Below are positions 58,053 through 64,000 of a DNA stretch of 64,000 bases, piece after piece; positions within the stretch are counted from its first letter, which is position 1, and the number at the start of each line of letters is the position of its first letter. Source of the stretch: a virus. The stretch spans positions 31,135 to 95,134 of IMG/VR virus record IMGVR_UViG_3300036781_000838; one strand, written 5' to 3'. The notes beneath the pieces were generated by a model. It was not told the DNA's origin and ran no database searches. It worked only from the letters and a program-made list of their open reading frames with translations. Made by a program: the position numbers and the translations under genes.

Positions 58053-59365
58053 AGTCGGACCATTTTTGTGGTGGGTAACGCATACGATTTGACCGGATTT
58101 TCCAAGAATTTGTAATGCCTGAACGGGAAGCCCGAATAGCCGTCTTCTATATGTGAAAAAAAGACTACCGATCCGTTGTAGATGTATAATTCCTTATCCG
58201 GGTGTAGGCTTTTGATCCAGGTGAGCTTATTGTAAATTTTACCCTGAAAGATATAGTTGATTTTATGCTGCTCCAGTGACCTGCACGCTTTATCCACCCA
58301 TAGTTCCATCTGGGTACCTTTTAAACAAGCAATATGAATCTGGGATTTTTGACCTGCAAACTCATATAGAAGAGACCTTCCGAGCTTTTGGTGCAGGGTT
58401 TCGGTGTTACTTTCATACGAATGGAAAATAACTTTGTGCAGTCCCTTGATGGTCACGCCTGCCTGGACACAATTTACTACCGCCATGTGGCCCTCCGTAG
58501 ACTCTTTAAACTGTGCCAGAACCTCTTCTTCCTTATTTTTGGAGTGATAGCTTACACTGGAAAGTTGATCGGCTATATCAGTTCTAAGGGTGTATATGAG
58601 CAGCTTATCTGTTTCGAATTTCTTTATTAACCGCTGGGTATAGTTGAGCAGTGTAGGCGAATTGTACAGGAAATTAGTGCGCAAGGACATATACTTTTTG
58701 AATATAGCTGTCCATTTACCTATTTCCTGTGAATCACCATCTTCCATGGCCAGGAGCTTCTTCGCTTCGGCTTCCACCATCTGCTCTGTATAATGGGTAT
58801 ATACCGAGTCTTCCGTTCCATAGAATGTTCTGCCAAACTGTTCAAAAGGCATTGCGTCGCGCTTATCCAGGTCAATATAATGGACAAATATTTCGTAGTC
58901 TTTTACCAGTTTGTCTTTTATCGCATCTGCGATGGTATAGGTGAGTCCGACCTTCCAGTTTAATAGGGTTTCGAACTTTTTCTTTGTCTTATCGCTTAGT
59001 GTACCGGTTAACCCGACTCGCTTGCGGTAAGTTATTGTGCGCAGTGAGGCTATTTGATTTGCCGACTGGCATAATTGGGGTTCATCTACGATAACAAAGT
59101 CAAAATATCGATTTCTATACTTATGCAGGCTGTTTTTGGTGGTGAATGTAATATTGGTCGATAGGGGGATAAACTTCATTAATTCTTCCTCCCAGCTCTT
59201 CTTGACGTCGAGGAGTGGATAAACGACCAATACGGAATCTCCTGCTTCGATGGCTTTAAGGGCCACCCTTGTTTTACCAACTCTTATTGATACCAGGAGT
59301 ATAATGTCTCTTACAGTCAGTACATGCGCTGCCATTTTATCCTGGACCTGGTCTCTAATGTCCAT
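58049..59365 (-). CDS. Superfamily 2 helicase
   Basis: GKT, VIVDEPQ, GLTGT, QKLGR. Confidence 0.8.
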   Translation of the reverse strand: MDIRDQVQDKMAAHVLTVRDIILLVSIRVGKTRVALKAIEAGDSVLVVYPLLDVKKSWEEELMKFIPLSTNITFTTKNSLHKYRNRYFDFVIVDEPQLCQSANQIASLRTITYRKRVGLTGTLSDKTKKKFETLLNWKVGLTYTIADAIKDKLVKDYEIFVHYIDLDKRDAMPFEQFGRTFYGTEDSVYTHYTEQMVEAEAKKLLAMEDGDSQEIGKWTAIFKKYMSLRTNFLYNSPTLLNYTQRLIKKFETDKLLIYTLRTDIADQLSSVSYHSKNKEEEVLAQFKESTEGHMAVVNCVQAGVTIKGLHKVIFHSYESNTETLHQKLGRSLLYEFAGQKSQIHIACLKGTQMELWVDKACRSLEQHKINYIFQGKIYNKLTWIKSLHPDKELYIYNGSVVFFSHIEDGYSGFPFRHYKFLENPVKSYALPTTKMVRL

Positions 59366-59463
59366 ATATATTATTATTATATCATGCGTTGAAAATCATC
59401 GAACCGCTTGGCGAGTCGTTTAATAAAATGATAAAGCCGGCTGGCTAAACGTTTCATAGGCTA

Positions 59464-59880
59464 TTAGTTTAAGCGAGAATCTGCCAACCCAAGCTCCATG
59501 GCTTTTGAAGGGTGTTCATTCACCCACCGGTGGCAATTGAAGCACAAGACTATCCAGTACCTGGTGTCCAGGTAAAGGGAGCCGTTCCTTCCTTTTTTAT
59601 GTTGAATGGTGAGTGTCTCAGGGTCGTACCATGTACACCCCTCTAACCTGGCAATACAAGATGGGTTGTGCTGTAGAAATTCCTTTCGGAGCACACTGTA
59701 TTGCTTGTCCTGGATAATGCGTTTTTCGGATCTCGGATTTATTGTTTTGGTTGTAACAGTTCTGGGAGTTTGGGTTTTTATTTCAGACCAGCACCGTTGA
59801 CAGTATTTTAATCTTCCCTCACTTTTCCAAATCGCCTGCTCGCTGTTACAACCATCGCAATGTTTTAATTTAGTTAGCAT
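59464..59880 (-). CDS. Zinc-binding HNH-like nuclease
   Basis: CDGC, CQRC, C...C, QHKKGR, LCFNCHRWV. Confidence 0.65.
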   Translation of the reverse strand: MLTKLKHCDGCNSEQAIWKSEGRLKYCQRCWSEIKTQTPRTVTTKTINPRSEKRIIQDKQYSVLRKEFLQHNPSCIARLEGCTWYDPETLTIQHKKGRNGSLYLDTRYWIVLCFNCHRWVNEHPSKAMELGLADSRLN

Positions 59881-60082
59881 CCACTTCCTGCAGTACGGGT
59901 TCTTTTACCGTTTCTTTTTCTTTTTTGGAGATGGTCACTTCGCCGGTACTGTTTACGCTGACTACAGTCTTGACCTCAACGTCGCCTGAAAAAATTTGAT
60001 TGAAGAACTCTCTCTCAAGATTTGTTTCAGGAGCCAACGTTAAAAGATTTGTAGTGCCGGTAACTTTAAATTCATACTTCAT
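59870..60082 (-). CDS. Hypothetical protein
   Basis: ORF track; coupled overlaps. Confidence 0.55.
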   Translation of the reverse strand: MKYEFKVTGTTNLLTLAPETNLEREFFNQIFSGDVEVKTVVSVNSTGEVTISKKEKETVKEPVLQEVDAN

Positions 60083-60648
60083 TCAGCGGCTGTTTTTAGG
60101 TTGAAGAATACGCGGGGCAAAATGCCTTGTTCAATCAGCTTTTTGGCAATATCTATTCTCGATATCCCCAATTCTGCAAAGGATTGATAATTTGTCAGCG
60201 CATTATTGGTATAGTTCTTTGTTCGCTCGATGATGCTTTTTTTGAGAAATGTTGACTTGTGGAACAGGGATAGCAGTAAATCATCGACTTCCTTGCTAAC
60301 TATCGACTGCTTCCATTCATTGAGTACCCTTTGCGCGCGCTTGTGTAGATTTTCGATCTTAAGTTTGTCTTTGAAACTCATTGTGGCGATTTCCTTATCC
60401 GTATACATAGACAAACCGTGTAATGCATCTTTGTAAAGCCTATTCTGATAAGGGGAGAACACATCGCTTTCAAAAACGAGTGATGGTGTCCTATCCTGGT
60501 AGGATTTACCTTCGAAGCTGTTGCCATGTAGTTGTAAATCCTGGATCTGGTTCGACTCGTACGGCAACGTGAAGTGGTGTTTGGAATCTGTATAGTACAC
60601 AGTTACGCTCTTCTCATTACAATGAGAAGTTTTGTTTGGATTTGCCAT
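60079..60648 (-). CDS. Hypothetical phage protein
   Basis: ORF track; first gene after the promoter/box cluster. Confidence 0.6.
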   Translation of the reverse strand: MANPNKTSHCNEKSVTVYYTDSKHHFTLPYESNQIQDLQLHGNSFEGKSYQDRTPSLVFESDVFSPYQNRLYKDALHGLSMYTDKEIATMSFKDKLKIENLHKRAQRVLNEWKQSIVSKEVDDLLLSLFHKSTFLKKSIIERTKNYTNNALTNYQSFAELGISRIDIAKKLIEQGILPRVFFNLKTAAE

Positions 60649-60725
60649 TATTCTACAATTTATGGGGCTGTAAAGGTAGTATTTAATTCTATTCTACAAA
60701 CTATTCTACAACTTTTATTCTACAA
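60649..60725 (-). promoter_or_regulatory. Promoter with four TATTCTACAA boxes
   Basis: Boxes at 60649, 60690, 60702 and 60716; on the - strand TTTG-18 nt-TACCTTTA. Confidence 0.65.
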
Positions 60726-60727
60726 TT

Positions 60728-60758
60728 AAAGGGGAGATGAGTGGTCATCCCCCCTTTT
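60728..60758. terminator. Terminator-like hairpin
   Basis: AAAGGGGAGATGA-gtgg-TCATCCCCCCTTT. Confidence 0.6.
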
Positions 60759-60785
60759 TGCTCATAAATAATTCGCCCGGGGATA

Positions 60786-61232
60786 CTATAAAGTAGCAGT
60801 GCCGGCGAGTTCTTTTTTGGCTTTTTGCGCTGCACGGATAGCCTCGGTGTTGTTGTGGGCGATCAGCACGTCGGTATCTTCCATATTGGTCGTATAAAAG
60901 GCCGTCCTGTAGATAGGCTGGTCATCCAGGGTACACGTGATACCAGAGTCACCCGCCATTTTCATATCCTGCATGGGATTGAGCGGATTGGGCGCCGTCA
61001 GTGTTTCTTTGATCACAATTTTACCTTCCAGGGGCCTGCCCAAAGTGTAACCCAGCTCCTGCAGGTCGGCAACGCGCCCCCGGATCAATGCTGATTTGGT
61101 GCGGGGCTGGAGCCATCCATTAATGAATTCCTGGGAGGTCTGCTGGACACGGATATAGCCGTAATCGGGGTTATTTGTGGAAGCTACCACCACTAAGCCA
61201 AGTTCATTGGCTGTCACTATTACTTTTGACAT
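60786..61232 (-). CDS. Hypothetical phage protein
   Basis: ORF followed by a hairpin. Confidence 0.62.
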   Translation of the reverse strand: MSKVIVTANELGLVVVASTNNPDYGYIRVQQTSQEFINGWLQPRTKSALIRGRVADLQELGYTLGRPLEGKIVIKETLTAPNPLNPMQDMKMAGDSGITCTLDDQPIYRTAFYTTNMEDTDVLIAHNNTEAIRAAQKAKKELAGTATL

Positions 61233-61322
61233 AAATTTTGATTAAAAATGGAGTGTGTGTTAATTGATTTACTGAGTTGATTTACAAGTCTGAGCGGGTT
61301 AGACCAAGCCTTGTACTTCGGC

Positions 61323-61553
61323 TTAGTCTTCTATAACATATTCCTCCAGTTTCTCTGATATGGGGATATCAGGAAGTTCAGGAAGTCCTTTTTCGGGCGC
61401 TTCAGTGCGTTCAAGCGCCGATCCCCTCCAGGGGGATTCGATTTCTTCACCGTGGCCGGTGGCTATGAGGTATTCTATATCTTCATCGGTAATGCTGGCC
61501 CATTGTGCAAAAGTCAATTCTACGGTTTTGCCTGTCGAAAGTTGGTATAACAT
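61323..61553 (-). CDS. Small acidic hypothetical protein
   Basis: Likely start MLYQLSTGK. Confidence 0.55.
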   Translation of the reverse strand: MLYQLSTGKTVELTFAQWASITDEDIEYLIATGHGEEIESPWRGSALERTEAPEKGLPELPDIPISEKLEEYVIED

Positions 61554-61835
61554 AGGTGTTTGGATTTTTAGAGTTACTAAAATACAAAGCACCTTTGTTC
61601 TACAATTAATCAGGGAATCTTTAGAGGATTATATGGCTATGAATATTGCGGCCGGGCACTTTTTTGGTACCTCATCCTGCCTTTCCAATAGGCATTCGTT
61701 TTATTGATCTGTTCCTGTTTTTGGGATAATTGTTCCTTTAACCTCAAATTTTCAGTTATTAATCGTTTCCGCTCTGAAAAGATGTAGTTAAACCAGTTCA
61801 AAAGTTTCATGTAAGGGTTCTGAAGGTTTAAAATG

Positions 61836-61865
61836 AAAAAAGGGTAGCAGATTGCTACCCTTTTT
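61836..61865. terminator. Bidirectional Rho-independent terminator
   Basis: AAAAAGGGTAGCA-gat-TGCTACCCTTTTT, perfect stem. Confidence 0.75.
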
Positions 61866-61886
61866 CTAATGTGGGAAGTAGTATTA

Positions 61887-62387
61887 TTAAAAGATTATCT
61901 CAAATTTTCCATTTTCACCCATCGTAAATGATTTTGCACCTTCTACTTGTACGAAAGATCCTTCTGGAATCTGAAGTGGTGTGCCATTAATAAAAAGGAT
62001 GTTGATATGTTTGCCAGCGTTCGTTGTTGTTGACTTTCGTGATCCTGCCGGCTGTCCGACGTTACTTTTTTGAGAATTCTGATTGTTAGGTGTTCCGGAT
62101 GGATTAGTAGGGGGAGTGCTTTTATCTTTTTGTTCTGCACCATTCTTTGAAGTTTGAGGTAAATTGCCTCTTACAGATGGAACAATTACTCCTGCCTCAC
62201 GCAATAATTTTTTTTGATAATGTACCGTAGATATAGCGACGCCAAAATGCAAGGCCAATGCTGCTGGGCGAACCTTGTTTAAAACCATTTTTTCAAATTC
62301 CTTTTTTTGATCATCGGTCCAATTGCCACCAGAAACTTCTGTTTGCTGTACCTTTCTCGCTGTTTTTTTTGCAGATTTCGCTGTCAT
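61887..62387 (-). CDS. HTH DNA-binding protein
   Basis: WTDDQK...PAALALHFGVAISTVHYQKK HTH pattern; likely ATG start (MTAKS). Confidence 0.6.
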   Translation of the reverse strand: MTAKSAKKTARKVQQTEVSGGNWTDDQKKEFEKMVLNKVRPAALALHFGVAISTVHYQKKLLREAGVIVPSVRGNLPQTSKNGAEQKDKSTPPTNPSGTPNNQNSQKSNVGQPAGSRKSTTTNAGKHINILFINGTPLQIPEGSFVQVEGAKSFTMGENGKFEIIF

Positions 62388-62450
62388 TTGGAGTAAATAT
62401 TTAGTCGCCCTCAATTAGAGAATAAAAGTACAACATTTTGTAGAATTAAA

Positions 62451-62628
62451 TGGCCCCGGGCCAAAAATTTCTTCAGTTTTCGCGCTATTTGTAGGTTTAT
62501 TTTTTAGTAAAATTTACTTTATGTCATTTGTACATTATAATGCTGTACTACTTTTAGTTATTGACTTTTAAGTACTTATACCCTTGTATCGGAGTGCTGA
62601 ACGGACAAATGAACTTTTGGCCCCGGGC
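62451..62628. repeat. Two copies of near-palindromic TGGCCCCGGGC (62451-62461, 62618-62628)
   Basis: Exact 11-bp GC-rich repeat in a very AT-rich intergenic region beside the recombinase gene. Confidence 0.6.
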
Positions 62629-62716
62629 AAATGGAAACTGTATTCTATTATTCATCAATATAGATATAATCTACTAATAATTGTCCAAATAAATATTGGG
62701 TACAGTTTTTGAACTG

Positions 62717-64000
62717 CTAACTGGTTGCAGTGGTCCGTCGTATGGGGATGCTTTTCTTGTCTCCCATCACCTCAGCATAGATATTTAATAATACCGTCGC
62801 ATCCTTATGTCCTGATAAGGCTTGAACGCTTTTTATGTCCATGCCGTCGCGAAAACACCTGGAGCAAAAGCAGCTACGAAAAAAATAAATGCTTCTGGCT
62901 TCCAGTCGTAACCCTTTTAATACCGCTTCAAGCACTGTTTCATTTAACGCTCTGTCATCACATGCTACCCCGTTAGGACTCAAAAAGACGAGTTCGTCCG
63001 GATCCCGGTCCTTACATTGTACCAGGAGCATTCTTTCCAGCGATGAATTTTTGTGAAAAGGTAATTCCCTGGAATCTTCCATTTTTGTTGCTTTCATCAC
63101 CCTGTATGCTGCAGCTGTTCCCTCGCGCGTACGTGCGAGGGCCTGGTCAATGGTAATTATCCTGTTTTTAAAATTGATTTTTTTAACCTGCACGCCGATG
63201 GCTTCAGCAGGGCGTACCCCGGTTTCAGCCAGGAATAAAAAAATGGGGTAGTAGTGGGAATGATTATAGCGGTGACTTTCTTTATGCACAAATTTATCTG
63301 TGCGTATAGCGTTCAGGATATTTTCTACATCTTCATCGGGCAAGATTCTGTGCAGGCTTATTTTTTGATCTGTTTTCCTTCTGCCTGGAACATCTTGCAT
63401 CGGATTATCATCGATACGCTTTTTTCGGACCATCCAGGCGCAAAAATCATTGAGGACCAACTTTCGGTTGTTGAACGTTTTTGGTGAATAGCCCATGTTC
63501 TGGAGCAGCTGGGGCATATTATCTATCGTTACCGGAATTTCCTCCTCATCAATGATAACTGATTCTCCCCAATTTTGTACCATGATAAGGGTCCAATGGT
63601 ATAGATCCTTATCCAGGCTACGACCGGTCGTTTTCAAGTACTCCTTTAGAGCGATATGAACTATTAACGGCTGTTCTACAGAAGGAGGAATATATTCTAC
63701 AACCTTTGGGATAACCAATGGTTGCGTCCGGGATGGGGCTATGGTTGTATCCGTACTGCGCTGTCGGATCATTTCCTTGTACCGGGCTTGCGTATTATCA
63801 TGCGTGCCCATGGAAATGTCGAGTTCTATTACCTTGGAAATTTGCTTTTCCAGGAGGGCCGTTAATGTCTTTTTAGGGGGAAGTGTGAGGTATTTTGGCT
63901 CACCCTGGTAGCGGTATTTGAACCGTCTTGTTGCGCCTAACTCTTGAAGGGAAACGCTTCCTTTGGAAGCCCTTTTTCGTGACTCTTTTCGTGTACCCAT
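62717..64000 (-). CDS. Tyrosine recombinase / integrase
   Basis: TGVRPAE (R), ATK (K), YFFR (HxxR variant), SGH, NIY (catalytic Y); SPKTFNNRK...NPM core-binding domain; the ATG coincides with the window edge, so the start may lie further out. Confidence 0.9.
   Translation of the reverse strand: MGTRKESRKRASKGSVSLQELGATRRFKYRYQGEPKYLTLPPKKTLTALLEKQISKVIELDISMGTHDNTQARYKEMIRQRSTDTTIAPSRTQPLVIPKVVEYIPPSVEQPLIVHIALKEYLKTTGRSLDKDLYHWTLIMVQNWGESVIIDEEEIPVTIDNMPQLLQNMGYSPKTFNNRKLVLNDFCAWMVRKKRIDDNPMQDVPGRRKTDQKISLHRILPDEDVENILNAIRTDKFVHKESHRYNHSHYYPIFLFLAETGVRPAEAIGVQVKKINFKNRIITIDQALARTREGTAAAYRVMKATKMEDSRELPFHKNSSLERMLLVQCKDRDPDELVFLSPNGVACDDRALNETVLEAVLKGLRLEARSIYFFRSCFCSRCFRDGMDIKSVQALSGHKDATVLLNIYAEVMGDKKSIPIRRTTATS

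Larger units (their letters stand above)
1..64000. mobile_element. crAss-like bacteriophage genome segment (free phage or prophage)
   Basis: Giant virion RNAP with DFDID motif among other very large ORFs, downstream of a tail protein; opposite-strand replication module (PolA, primase, DnaB, ligase); lysis genes; dense small ORFs; no host housekeeping genes. Confidence 0.92.

Noticed and set aside
62585-62606. GGAGTGCTGAACGG looks like a tRNA D-arm fragment (possible att core)
   Set aside because: No T-arm (GTTCRA), acceptor stem or CCA nearby
1-64000. Stop-codon reassignment, known in some crAss-like phages
   Set aside because: ORFs are long and tile the window in the standard code; TAG and TGA act as normal stops
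1-64000. Diversity-generating retroelement or retron
   Set aside because: No reverse transcriptase motifs and no TR/VR repeat pair noticed

Overview
The whole window is one bacteriophage genome segment with the hallmarks of a crAss-like phage (Crassvirales-type). A Bacteroidota host is inferred from the promoter-like motifs. It reads in the standard genetic code. The left half (1-29.8 kb, + strand) is a virion/ejection module: a 5'-truncated tail stabilisation (muzzle-like) protein, three cargo-type proteins (one ending in a lysozyme domain), a 4522-aa virion RNA polymerase with the DFDID catalytic loop, and a 1593-aa protein with a PD-(D/E)xK domain. A two-gene insert (ABC/AAA ATPase and SAM methyltransferase) separates it from the right half. 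The right half (31.8-62.4 kb, mostly - strand) carries replication and recombination genes: ATP-dependent ligase, PolA, PD-(D/E)xK exonuclease, primase, SSB-like, RecT-like, DnaB, a DnaA domain-IV-like protein, UDG and an SF2 helicase. A + strand lysis cassette sits within it. The best candidate for an unusual system is an apparently complete phage-encoded ubiquitin-like conjugation operon at about 41.5-45.0 kb: a Ubl precursor with an internal KVDSG end and an acidic tail, an E2-like protein, a JAB/JAMM peptidase and an E1/ThiF enzyme. Also notable are a tyrosine recombinase at the right edge (possibly a temperate crAss-like phage), a recurrent intergenic TATTCTACAA box, and repeated xxGG motifs in the cargo proteins. 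All assignments are from motifs read by eye. No database search was run, so novelty cannot be established here.
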